Shown here: one piece after another, positions 50,263-59,301 of the stretch
How positions within the stretch are numbered: the stretch's first letter is position 1
Layout: each line of letters begins with the position of its first letter
Origin: an uncultured delta proteobacterium
GTDB taxonomy: Bacteria; Myxococcota_A; Polyangia; Fen-1088
DNA: 64,000 bases
Direction: 5' to 3'
NCBI GenBank assembly: GCA_963737265.1
Contig: CAVTRY010000016.1
Location: forward strand, 288,001-352,000
Position numbers and translations under genes: made by a program
Notes under the pieces: generated by a model
Databases searched by the model: none
The model's input: the letters and a program-made list of their open reading frames with translations, nothing else
Told to the model about the DNA's origin: nothing

Positions 50263-50736
50263 ATGAGCGTTTCAGTCGAATCAGGCAATAAGAGTGGCAA
50301 GAAGTCACTCAACGCTGACCTGAATCTAGTTCCCTACATCGACCTGCTCACCTGCATGGTCGCATTCCTCCTCATCACCGCAGTTTGGACGCAGCTCGCG
50401 CGCCTGCAGACCCAGCAAAAGGGCCAGGGTCAGGCAGGAGAAGAAACTCCGCCAGAGTTGCAGGTCAAAATCGTCGTTTTGGTGAATCAGGAAGGATTTA
50501 ACCTGGTCGTTGGCCAGGATCAAACACCGATCCCCAAGAAGGGTTCGGACTATGACTTCGAACGGCTCGCCGCCGAGCTCAAGAAGGTCAAGGACACTCA
50601 CCCTGACAAGAACGATGCCCAGGTGGCTTCCGAAGACACCATCAAATTCGAAACCTTGGTCCGCGCCATGGACACCGCGATGCAAGCGAGATTCCCTGAC
50701 ATCTCGCTTATCGACACCGGTGCGGCGGGAATCTAG
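50263..50736 (+). CDS. aglQ: ExbD/TolR family protein, AglQ-like
   Basis: GKKSLNADLNLVPYIDLL..FLLITAVWTQ with the conserved TM Asp. Confidence 0.78.
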   Translation: MSVSVESGNKSGKKSLNADLNLVPYIDLLTCMVAFLLITAVWTQLARLQTQQKGQGQAGEETPPELQVKIVVLVNQEGFNLVVGQDQTPIPKKGSDYDFERLAAELKKVKDTHPDKNDAQVASEDTIKFETLVRAMDTAMQARFPDISLIDTGAAGI

Positions 50737-50748
50737 CGAGGCCTGACC

Positions 50749-51318
50749 ATGCCAATCGAAGCACCCAAAGCGCACCTTTATCACTCCATCAAGCTCGAGG
50801 TGGCCTCGAACAAACTCGGCCACGGCGGGCGCAAGAGCACCAACTCGGCGCTCAATCTGGTGGCCTACATCGACATGATGACGATGCTCGTTATCTTCCT
50901 CCTCATGTCGTTCTCGGCCTCCGGTGAAATTCTCTTCGTGCAGAAGAACATCACCCTGCCCGACGCGCAGAACTGGAGCGACCTCGAGCGCGCACCCGTC
51001 ATCGGCGTCACCAAGGACGTCGTTACGCTGGACGGTCGGCAGGTCGCCACGGGCGAAGATCTCCTCAAGGACTCCGCCACGGGCGACATGAAGATCACCG
51101 AGCTGCACGACGAGCTCGTCACCGCCAAAAACAACTACAAGCTCCTTCACCCGGCCGAGGACTTCAAAGGCGTTTGCATCATTCAATCCGACAAGAGCGT
51201 CGAATTTAAGATGCTACGCAAGGTGATGTTCTCCGCCGCAGCCGCCGGTTACCAGAACGTGAACTTCGCGGTTCGTCCCAAGGCCAAGGGAGGCGCAGCC
51301 GCGCCAGCCGCCGAGTAG
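50749..51318 (+). CDS. aglS: ExbD/TolR family protein, AglS-like
   Basis: LNLVAYIDMMTMLVIFLLMSFSASGEI..LPDA; second TolR-like gene of the operon. Confidence 0.78.
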   Translation: MPIEAPKAHLYHSIKLEVASNKLGHGGRKSTNSALNLVAYIDMMTMLVIFLLMSFSASGEILFVQKNITLPDAQNWSDLERAPVIGVTKDVVTLDGRQVATGEDLLKDSATGDMKITELHDELVTAKNNYKLLHPAEDFKGVCIIQSDKSVEFKMLRKVMFSAAAAGYQNVNFAVRPKAKGGAAAPAAE

Positions 51319-51366
51319 CGAGAGGCGAGGAAGCCCCTCGCCTTCCTTCGCGCAGTCTGTCTCCTC

Positions 51367-51403
51367 GCGGCCGGCTCCCCAAGGGGTCGGCCGCAGGTTT
51401 TTT
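51367..51403 (+). terminator. Rho-independent terminator after the motor operon
   Basis: GCGGCCG...CCCC-AA-GGGG...CGGCCGC stem followed by T6. Confidence 0.7.
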
Positions 51404-51435
51404 GTGGCGTTTCTCTTTTCTCGGGAGGTGCATTG

Positions 51436-53001
51436 ATGCAGGTCCGAAAGCTAGCCGTACTTTTCGCCATTGCCGGTTCACTGACCGCGGGTTGCACCGG
51501 GGATCCCAACGATCCCATGACCTGGGCGAACAAGCTCAAGAACGTGCGCGAGCAGCAAGAAGCTCTCAATCAGCTAGCCCGCATGGGCGTGGAGCGGGCT
51601 AAGGTCGCTCTTCCTCAGCTCATCGCCCTCTACAAAGAAACCAAGAAGCCCGAGCACCTGGAAGCCTTGGTTCGTTTCAACGACCCAAGCACCATCCCGC
51701 TGCTGATCGAGGCCTTGGATTTCACCGAGGATGACTTCGACCGCTCCATCGTCGCCGCCGGCGCACTCGGCGACCTACGAGAAAAAGCTGCCGACGCGGT
51801 GGAACCGCTGATCAAGGCCGTCAACCACCAGCTCCCCATCAAGTCTCGCGCCAACAACGTGCGCTTGGCTGCCGTGCGTGCGCTGGTAAAGATCGGCGAC
51901 AAGCGTGCCGTTCCGGCGCTGTCGCAGGTGCTCACCACCTCTGCCGATGAGCAGGACTTTTTGCTCAATCAGAAGGCCGCCCTCGGCCTAGCCGAGCTGC
52001 GCGACCCGGAATCCGTGCCCGCCCTCATCAAGGGCATGTTCATGACTGGCCGCGGGGCCAACATCTTCCAGGAATGCCGATTGGCCCTGGTGCGAGTGGG
52101 CGAGCCCGCCATCGCCCCGCTCATCGAGCTGCTCAACGAGAAGAACGCCGACATCAACGCGATGGCCAAGAAGCTCGACTTCGACAAGTACAGCCCGGGC
52201 ATCGTGCCCTTCAAGGCTGCCATGCTGCTCGGCGACCTGCGCGCCGCCAAGGCCGTGCCCGCCCTCGCCGCGCGCCTGAAGATTCCCGCCAAGTCCGGCG
52301 AGCACAAGTCCATCCTGATCTCGCTCGGCTTCATCGGCACCAAGGAAGCAGTGGACGTGCTGCTCGACACCCTGAAGGACAAGAAGGCAGACGCGCCCAC
52401 ACGCTCCGCAGCCGAAGACGGCATTTATCTGTCAGGCGACAAGCGCGCGGTGCCCATCCTGATGGAAACCGCCAAGTCGGGCTACGTCACCGTGGGCGGC
52501 ATGAAGGCTTCCGATCTACGTGCCAATGCCGCCATCGACCTGTCCCGCATCGCCGGCCCCGAAAACTACGACGCGTTCAAGGCGCTGGCTGACAAGGAAA
52601 AAGAAGTCCAGGGCATGTTCGGTGAAGCCCTCGACCGCATGCAGGTCGCCAAGGAATGCGGCGACAAGCTCGAGTGCTACGGCAAGCACCTTAGCGACCC
52701 ATCGTGGACGCGCGCCGAGAAGGCAGCGTTCTACATCGGCTTCTCCGGCGATGCGAAACGGGGCCTGCCGCTCTTGGTCGGCGCCCTCAAGCCCGTGGCC
52801 AGCCTGTCGCCGGATCGCTTCCCCGTGCATCAGGCCCTACTCCAGGCGCTCGCGCGCCTGGCCAACAAGAACGACAAGAACGTCATCGATGCCCTCGGCA
52901 AACAGATCGATCGCGACGAGACGGCGATCCGCATCCCCGGCGCCCGCGACCTACTCGGCGAAACCCGCGTGACCCTCGCGGTGATTCAGAACAAGGGCTG
53001 A
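51436..53001 (+). CDS. HEAT-repeat lipoprotein
   Basis: Lipobox LTAG|C; repeated ALG..D..A(V/I)PAL HEAT/PBS-lyase motifs; GGAGG RBS. Confidence 0.82.
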   Translation: MQVRKLAVLFAIAGSLTAGCTGDPNDPMTWANKLKNVREQQEALNQLARMGVERAKVALPQLIALYKETKKPEHLEALVRFNDPSTIPLLIEALDFTEDDFDRSIVAAGALGDLREKAADAVEPLIKAVNHQLPIKSRANNVRLAAVRALVKIGDKRAVPALSQVLTTSADEQDFLLNQKAALGLAELRDPESVPALIKGMFMTGRGANIFQECRLALVRVGEPAIAPLIELLNEKNADINAMAKKLDFDKYSPGIVPFKAAMLLGDLRAAKAVPALAARLKIPAKSGEHKSILISLGFIGTKEAVDVLLDTLKDKKADAPTRSAAEDGIYLSGDKRAVPILMETAKSGYVTVGGMKASDLRANAAIDLSRIAGPENYDAFKALADKEKEVQGMFGEALDRMQVAKECGDKLECYGKHLSDPSWTRAEKAAFYIGFSGDAKRGLPLLVGALKPVASLSPDRFPVHQALLQALARLANKNDKNVIDALGKQIDRDETAIRIPGARDLLGETRVTLAVIQNKG

Positions 53002-53012
53002 TGTTCGGGCCT

Positions 53013-53058
53013 GTAGTCGACAGTCTGCCGCGACAGTCGCATGCCGACTGTCGACTAC
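53013..53058. terminator. Inverted repeat between the convergent HEAT gene and queF
   Basis: GTAGTCGACAGTC ... GACTGTCGACTAC, perfect 13-bp arms. Confidence 0.55.
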
Positions 53059-53417
53059 TTCTTGCCGCCGACGTAGTCGGCGACCACCACGGTGTGGATG
53101 CCGCCGCGAATCTTGAAGTCGCCCTCGATGCGCGCCCGCCGCGGCTTCACGGCGGCGACCAGGTCGTCGAGAATCTTGTTGGTCACGGCCTCGTGGAACG
53201 CTCCCTCGTCGCGATACGACCACAGGTAGAGCTTCCACGATTTGAGCTCGACGCAAAGACCGTCCGGAACGTATTCCACGCGAATCGTCGCGAAGTCCGG
53301 CTGGCCAGTTTTTGGGCAAAGGCAGGTAAACTCGGGACACTCGAAGCGAATGATGTAGTCGCGCTCCGGGTTGGGGTTGGGGAAAGTCTCCAGGCTTTTG
53401 GATGGAATCGATGCCAT
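53055..53417 (-). CDS. queF: NADPH-dependent preQ0 reductase (type I)
   Basis: [30 protein letters not shown]. Confidence 0.95.
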   Translation of the reverse strand: MASIPSKSLETFPNPNPERDYIIRFECPEFTCLCPKTGQPDFATIRVEYVPDGLCVELKSWKLYLWSYRDEGAFHEAVTNKILDDLVAAVKPRRARIEGDFKIRGGIHTVVVADYVGGKK

Positions 53418-53491
53418 GTCGCCCCTAAGCATATCAGGTCGTTGTGAACAGCACGCGTGACACTGAATTCACCCCACGGAGGCCTTGCCGG

Positions 53492-54205
53492 ATGCCGCAA
53501 CCCAGTTCTCGTAGTAGCCTTCTCCAGGCTGTCCTTCTCGTAGCCGCGTTTGGTTTGCAAGGCGTCGCCGCCGAAGGCGCCGCCCTGGCCGAGGCGACCG
53601 TGAAAGGAACGGTCAGCCTGCCCGCTGAGCTCAAGAGCGGCCGCCGCTTTCTCGGCCACTGGCGCGTGGAAAACACCAACCTTGCGGCCCAACCCGCCAG
53701 CTTGCGCGGCGGCACTGTGGTCCTTCTCGTCGGTCTCCAGGCGCAAGCCATTCCGCCCAAGAATGTGTCAGTCGATATCGCGGGCTTGCAGGCCAATCCC
53801 GCCACGGTGGTCATCAGCGAGGGGTCGGTGGTTGAATTCAAGAATGGCGACAAGGTCTCGCACGATCTGTCGACTCCGGATCAACCCCAGGTGATGCCGC
53901 CCGAGCGACTCGGCTCGGGTACCGTACGCAAACAGCGCTTCGCCACGACGGGCGAGTTTCTCGTGCGCTGCGCCGAGTACCCGCACATCGTACTGTCCGT
54001 GATCGTGACCAGCTCTCCGCTGTTCGCCATCGTGGAGGACAAGGGCGGATTCAGGATCTCCGACGTACCCGAAGGTCATGCCACGCTCAAGGTGTGGAGC
54101 AACGGCCGCTGGGTTCACGAACAAGAAGTGGACGTGTCTTCCAAGGGACTGGATCTATCGGTTAAGGTACCGAAGTCGTCCGCCGCCAAAGAAAACGCGG
54201 AATAG
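53492..54205 (+). CDS. Secreted cupredoxin-like / carboxypeptidase-regulatory-like domain protein
   Basis: Signal peptide; GSVVEFKNGD..HD, VRCAEYPH, GGFRISDVPEG..TLKVW. Confidence 0.6.
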   Translation: MPQPSSRSSLLQAVLLVAAFGLQGVAAEGAALAEATVKGTVSLPAELKSGRRFLGHWRVENTNLAAQPASLRGGTVVLLVGLQAQAIPPKNVSVDIAGLQANPATVVISEGSVVEFKNGDKVSHDLSTPDQPQVMPPERLGSGTVRKQRFATTGEFLVRCAEYPHIVLSVIVTSSPLFAIVEDKGGFRISDVPEGHATLKVWSNGRWVHEQEVDVSSKGLDLSVKVPKSSAAKENAE

Positions 54206-54219
54206 GGAGTAGCAAAGCG

Positions 54220-55992
54220 ATGTTCCTCTCCAAGATTTGGTTTGTTTTGGTCGGCCTGCTGGCCGGCATCGCCGTTACTGCCGCGTTCGTGGCGCCGCGA
54301 CCTGCCGATCGCCGCATCGAACAACTCGAAGGCCAGCGCCTCGATCGCGCGCAATACGCGGCCGAGCAAATGCTCAAGAACGATGCCCGCCGCTGGATCG
54401 ACTACGTGGCGAAGCTGGGCAGCGACGGCAAGCTTATCGATGCTCTCGATTCGGCCACGCGCGGCGCCGGCGAGCTGCGTCCCCTCCACGATACCGTTCG
54501 CAATCGCCTGCGCGAGCTCGTCCCCGACCGTCAAGCCATCGGCGTGGAATCCATCATCGCCGTCGACGCCAAGGGGCGCGTGGTGGCGCGGGTGGGCGAC
54601 GACGAAGGCGAATTCGGCGAATCCATCGCCGGCGCCGAGGTCGTTGCGGATGCGTTGCGCGGCTACCTCTCGGACGACGTATGGGGCGCCAGCAATCGCC
54701 TGCGCCGCATCGGGGCCGCGCCGGTCTTGTCCAAGTCGCATGATCGCATCGTCGGGGCACTGGTGGTCGCGGTGGAAACCGGCAAGCGCCTGGCCGAGAT
54801 GTGGAAGCAAAACCTCGGCGTCGAAGTCGCCATCGTACTACGCAAGACGGTGTTGTCTTCGTCGTTGCCCGAGGCGTTGCTGACCCAACTTCCCGACTTG
54901 ATCGAAGAGCACGCAACCGAGATTGCCAGCAACCGGCGCTCGCGCGCCCTTCCGCTTTACATGGGTAACGAACGCCTGCTGACAGTGGCGGCCCCGTTCA
55001 GTGGCGAAGCCTCCGAACAGCGCGCGTACTACGTCCTGCTTACCAGGAAGTCCCCGGAATCTAACCCTTGGGCCCTGCTGTCCAGCACCTCGTCCGACGA
55101 TCTCAAGTGGGGGAAGTTCCCGTGGCTTTCCTTGGGCGTGGGACTTTTCGCCGTCATCTTTGTCGGTCTCTTCCTGCAGCGCTTGGAAGTCGAGACGCCG
55201 CTTAAGCGCCTGCGCGCCGAGGTGCACAGCCTGGCCACACAGGAATTGCAGAAGATCGACGACACGAAGTACGGCGGAAAACTGGGCGGAATCGCGCGCG
55301 ACATCAACGCCGCCATCGAACACTATACCCACGCGCCCTTGCCCAAGACCGAAACCGCGAGAAAGGATATCGCCTCCATCCTCGACCCCAAGGCGGCGTC
55401 CGCCGACGGAAAGTCGTTCGATCTTGCCAGCCAGGCGCCGGTCCAACCCGCGCCACCGCCGGCGCCGGCCGCCATGGCGGCTTCGCTTTTCGGTACGCCC
55501 CACGTTGTCCCCGTTCTCGGAGGCCAACCGCCGGCCGTTCCGCCGACACCACCACCCTTGCATTCTGCCTTGCATTCCGCCTCGTATTCTCCACCACCGT
55601 TCGCCGTACCCGCAGCGGCCCCGGCGAGGGCGCTTCCTACGCCCCCGCCAATGCCCGCCGCGCCCTGGCACTCTTCTCCCACGCTACCGCCGCCGGTCTC
55701 CACGCACACCCTGACGCCGTTCCATGTTTTCCCATCGGCGCCCGCGCCAGTCCACGCCAAGCCCGCGCTGGATCCGGACGCCCAACACTTTGGCCTGGTA
55801 TTCGAGGAATACCTTGCCCTCCGGCAGCGCTGTGGTGAATCGATCGCCGGATTATCGCTGGAAAAGTTCAGCGCCAAGTTGCAGAGCAATCGCGAGCAAC
55901 TGGTGGCCAAGTATTCCTGCAAGAGCGCCCACTTCACGGTATACGAAAAGGATGGCAAAGCCGCGATTCGCGCCGTCCCGGTGCGAGAGTAG
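54220..55992 (+). CDS. MXAN_5187-family membrane protein
   Basis: Two TMs flanking a periplasmic domain, Pro-rich linker, C-terminal VFEEY...CGE..GLSLEKF..KL..NR...FTVYEKDGKAAIRA domain. Confidence 0.72.
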   Translation: MFLSKIWFVLVGLLAGIAVTAAFVAPRPADRRIEQLEGQRLDRAQYAAEQMLKNDARRWIDYVAKLGSDGKLIDALDSATRGAGELRPLHDTVRNRLRELVPDRQAIGVESIIAVDAKGRVVARVGDDEGEFGESIAGAEVVADALRGYLSDDVWGASNRLRRIGAAPVLSKSHDRIVGALVVAVETGKRLAEMWKQNLGVEVAIVLRKTVLSSSLPEALLTQLPDLIEEHATEIASNRRSRALPLYMGNERLLTVAAPFSGEASEQRAYYVLLTRKSPESNPWALLSSTSSDDLKWGKFPWLSLGVGLFAVIFVGLFLQRLEVETPLKRLRAEVHSLATQELQKIDDTKYGGKLGGIARDINAAIEHYTHAPLPKTETARKDIASILDPKAASADGKSFDLASQAPVQPAPPPAPAAMAASLFGTPHVVPVLGGQPPAVPPTPPPLHSALHSASYSPPPFAVPAAAPARALPTPPPMPAAPWHSSPTLPPPVSTHTLTPFHVFPSAPAPVHAKPALDPDAQHFGLVFEEYLALRQRCGESIAGLSLEKFSAKLQSNREQLVAKYSCKSAHFTVYEKDGKAAIRAVPVRE

Positions 55993-56014
55993 CCAGCTAC
56001 CTGTGTCAGGAGAC

Positions 56015-56179
56015 TTCAGGCTTCGGATTTCAAGCTTCATCGGTTGGGCATGATGCACGCGAAAATCGCGGCCGCCTTCCTGCACGATGCGGCGATCTTC
56101 TTCGCCCTTTGGAGAAGCCGATCGCCGCTCTCGATCAGACAGCCTGAAGCCTGTGGCCTGTAGCCTGTAGCCTGTAGCC
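56015..56179. repeat. Opposed heptamer arrays between convergent genes
   Basis: Degenerate CTTCAGG-like units at ~56024-56038 face AGCCTGA/AGCCTGT x5 at 56141-56179. Confidence 0.6.
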
Positions 56180-56206
56180 GCTTGCGGGCGAAGCCCGCGC
56201 CATGAG

Positions 56207-58078
56207 TTAGTTGTTCACGGTGATCGTGCTGGCGGTGGAGCCGGAGGCCGTCAGCGTATGGCCATTCTTATTGATGGTGCCGGAGCCGGCAAGGCTCGTC
56301 ACGTACGAGTCGCCCGTGAGGTTCCAGGTGCTGCAGTGGTCGAGCGTAAGTGCGATTCCACCCGTGCTCGTGTTGCTCGTGTTGATCTTGCTGTTCAATG
56401 TGGAGCTCGCGAGGGTCAGCGCCAACGAGCTCGTGGAGTCGCAGATCTTGATCTCGCCATTCAGCGTCTGATAGTTCGCAGCGAAGTTCACGGTTCCGCC
56501 AAGACTGCCCCACTGGCTATTGACGTTCGACACGCCACAGTTACTCGCCGCGGCGGCGGTGCTGGCGACCAGGAGAACGTCCGACTTGTTGGCGAGAGTC
56601 ACGTTGTTCAGATTGACAACCGCGCTCGTGTCGCAGACGAAGAACATCGGGCCACTTGCGTAGTTGTTGGTGATGGAGCCGTTGGTCATGGTGAACTTTC
56701 CGGTGCCTCCGCTCGAATCGCCCGACATGCTCTGGTAGATCATGACGCCCCAACTGACGTTGCCGGCGATGACACTGTCAGTGAGGGTGATTGAGTTCAA
56801 TCCCTCGATGACGGCTGCTTCCGAGCCCGAGGCTGTTAGGGTGGCGTGATCGATCGTGAATGTGCCCGTGCAGTAGATGCCAGGCGAGCCTTGTCCCGCC
56901 GTGGTGCCCACCACGTTCGTCGCGTTGATCTGTGGCGCACCTGTCCCTTGGTAGCGGTCGCTGGCGAGCGCGCCACAGTGAGCCCCTTGCGTGCTGATCT
57001 TCGAGTTCTTGATGGTGACGATACCCCCATAGGTTGCATCGACGCCCCGCGAGCTGTCTTGCGTGGTGGCGATGGTGACGTGGTCAAGGGTGACGGTTGC
57101 GTTCTCGCCAAAGGCGAACGCCCCGTTTGCGCCGTTCGCGGTCGTGCTGATGGTGGAGTCCGTCATCGAGAGAGAAGCGGCGCTTGAAGACGAATAGTTG
57201 TTGGCGCTGCTCGAGGATGAAGCGAGGACGCCTGCGTTCATCCCACAGAAGTTGCTGTTGTCATCTGAAGCCGTGTCACCGCCGGTCTTGAGGGCCTTCG
57301 AGCTCGTGAGGGTCAGGCTTCCACCGGCTGCCACCTTGACAGCCGGAGTGTCGGCCGCGGTCGACGTATACGAGTAGGCCGACTCTGTAACGCCGGCGCT
57401 GGCGGACGAATACGGGCCGCCCTGATCCGTGTAGCTGGCTGACGACGCTGTCCTGTCGCCAATCGTGTCCGTGCCGTAGGCTCCGATTCCACCCGTGGCC
57501 GTTGTGGCGCTCCCGCAGGCGGTGCTCGTGGAACCACCAGCTCCGGATGACCCTCCGGTGCTTGTCGTTCCGCCGCTGCCGCCGCTACCGCCGCTGCCCG
57601 TGGAGCCGCCGCTACCGGTACCCGGAGGCACACCCGGACCGCCATCGCCCGTGCCTGGAGGCATACCCGGACCGCCATCGCCCACGCCTGGAGGCACACC
57701 CGGACCGCCATCGCCCATACCTGGAGGCATGCCCGGACCGCCATCGCCCATGCCTGGAGGCATACCCGGACCGCCATCGCCCACGCCTGGAGGCGTGCCT
57801 GGACCGCCATCGATCCCGGGTGGCATGCCACCGCCGTCAAGGCTGCCGGACGGCGGGCCGCTGTCGCCTGCGGTCGTAAGAATCGCGGCATCCGTCGATG
57901 CATCGGCCGCTGAACCGGCTGCGCCGCCAGTCGAGATGGCTCCGTCAAAAGCGGCCGCTCCGCCAGAAGCGGTCGCTCCGCCAGAAGCGGTCGCTCCGCC
58001 GTTGCCCGAGCAAGCGGCAAATCCTGCCGAGAAGAGCAGTAATCCTGTGGTGATGGCCGATCGAAAACTAATTCTCAT
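56207..58078 (-). CDS. Lipoprotein with Gly/Pro repeats and a beta-helix, autotransporter-passenger-like domain
   Basis: Lipobox FAA|C, GGAGGAG RBS, PPGxGDGGPG repeats, Ser/Thr/Gly/Asn-rich beta strands, WNLTGDSYVTSL. Confidence 0.75.
   Translation of the reverse strand: MRISFRSAITTGLLLFSAGFAACSGNGGATASGGATASGGAAAFDGAISTGGAAGSAADASTDAAILTTAGDSGPPSGSLDGGGMPPGIDGGPGTPPGVGDGGPGMPPGMGDGGPGMPPGMGDGGPGVPPGVGDGGPGMPPGTGDGGPGVPPGTGSGGSTGSGGSGGSGGTTSTGGSSGAGGSTSTACGSATTATGGIGAYGTDTIGDRTASSASYTDQGGPYSSASAGVTESAYSYTSTAADTPAVKVAAGGSLTLTSSKALKTGGDTASDDNSNFCGMNAGVLASSSSSANNYSSSSAASLSMTDSTISTTANGANGAFAFGENATVTLDHVTIATTQDSSRGVDATYGGIVTIKNSKISTQGAHCGALASDRYQGTGAPQINATNVVGTTAGQGSPGIYCTGTFTIDHATLTASGSEAAVIEGLNSITLTDSVIAGNVSWGVMIYQSMSGDSSGGTGKFTMTNGSITNNYASGPMFFVCDTSAVVNLNNVTLANKSDVLLVASTAAAASNCGVSNVNSQWGSLGGTVNFAANYQTLNGEIKICDSTSSLALTLASSTLNSKINTSNTSTGGIALTLDHCSTWNLTGDSYVTSLAGSGTINKNGHTLTASGSTASTITVNN
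57621..57812 (-). repeat. 33-bp coding tandem repeat, about 6 copies
   Basis: Units start at 57621, 57654, 57687, 57720, 57753 and 57786. Confidence 0.9.
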
Positions 58079-58344
58079 TCTTCTCCTCCGGATTGGTGTG
58101 GGCTGTGGGCTACGCTCGGGTGCTTGAGTCTCGAGCTTCAGTCCAAGGACACCAACCGCAAGGACTTGATTGCGCCATGTGGGGCTTGTCAGCGCTCTTA
58201 TTTATCAGTGTGTCTTGCCCGCTTGCCTCGCCGCCGTCGCGCTCGGATTCCCCGATTCATCGTGCTGGGACATCGTTCCATTTTGTGGCCTCCAGAACGT
58301 GCGTAAAGCAAAAAAGCGGCTGGGCTTTGGCGTAGAATGCCACC

Positions 58345-58731
58345 ATGGCTTCGCAACAAGCGCTCGCCGAGTCTGCCAAAGGGACCGGCATCAAGTTGCT
58401 GGTTCTTTTTGGGTCGCGTGCCCGCGGCGATGTGCACCCGAACTCGGATTGGGATTTCGGCTATGTCGGGAAAGGAGGCCAAGCCGACGAGGATCTCCTG
58501 CGCGACCGGCTCATGACGACTCTGGCAACGGACCGAATCGACCTCGTGGACTTGTCGAGGGCGAGCGCGCTGCTTCGGTTCCAGGTTGGCGCCGCAGGCA
58601 AAGCCATCCTCGAAAGCACTCCCGGGCTTTTTCAGCAGTTCCAAATCGAGACAGCGGTCTTCTGGTGCGACATCGAACCTGTCCTGCGCCGCACCTACGC
58701 GCAGATCCTTGAAAAGGTGAAAGCCGCGTGA
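58345..58731 (+). CDS. mntA: Minimal nucleotidyltransferase antitoxin (MntA-like)
   Basis: LFGSRARGD..SDWDFG, IDLVDL. Confidence 0.85.
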   Translation: MASQQALAESAKGTGIKLLVLFGSRARGDVHPNSDWDFGYVGKGGQADEDLLRDRLMTTLATDRIDLVDLSRASALLRFQVGAAGKAILESTPGLFQQFQIETAVFWCDIEPVLRRTYAQILEKVKAA

Positions 58732-59165
58732 GCCCACAAGTGGCCATCCTGGCGGAGAAGGCAGCGGCAGTTGGGCGTCACCTTGCGCGCGTGGCAGAAT
58801 GCTTGCCAGCAACAGCCGAAGAGCTTCGACCGATGACTGACGCCTCGGATGCGGTCATCCTTCATCTATGGCAGGCCGTGCAGATCGTGATCGATATGGC
58901 CGTTTCAACCTGTGTGAGACTTGGCCACGGGGCGCCCGCGAGCTATGGGGAAGCCTTTCGCAAACTGGCTGCGGCCGGTGTTGTCGATAGTGCGCTCGCC
59001 GATCGCCTGACTCAAGCCGCTGGCTTCCGCAACGTCGTTGCCCACGCCTACGAGGCCATCGACATGACCCGCGTCTTCCAGGCGGCCAAGCAAGGCCCGT
59101 CCGATCTGCGCGCGTTTCTTGCGGCCAGCGCAAGGTTGGCGGAAACGGCGGTTGAGAAGAAATAG
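58728..59165 (+). CDS. hepT: HEPN (DUF86) RNase toxin (HepT-like)
   Basis: GFRNVVAHAY R-X4-H motif; GTGA overlap with the MNT gene. Confidence 0.85.
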   Translation: MSPQVAILAEKAAAVGRHLARVAECLPATAEELRPMTDASDAVILHLWQAVQIVIDMAVSTCVRLGHGAPASYGEAFRKLAAAGVVDSALADRLTQAAGFRNVVAHAYEAIDMTRVFQAAKQGPSDLRAFLAASARLAETAVEKK

Positions 59166-59301
59166 GCGCGGCCGGCGGTTGTTGCCGCATTCTCGCCGCA
59201 CCCTCACCACCGTTCCCGGCCGCTTCTCGGTCGCGGCAACAACGTTACTTGCTGACGGTTACTGACACCGACCACGGGCCACGCGAACCATCTCCAGCCA
59301 G

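Noticed and set aside
53055-53417. queF as part of a 7-deazaguanine DNA-modification (dpd) island
   Set aside because: No dpdA, tgt or other que genes nearby; best read as housekeeping queuosine synthesis
57621-57812. 33-bp repeats as a CRISPR array
   Set aside because: Contiguous in-frame tandem units without spacers; no cas genes
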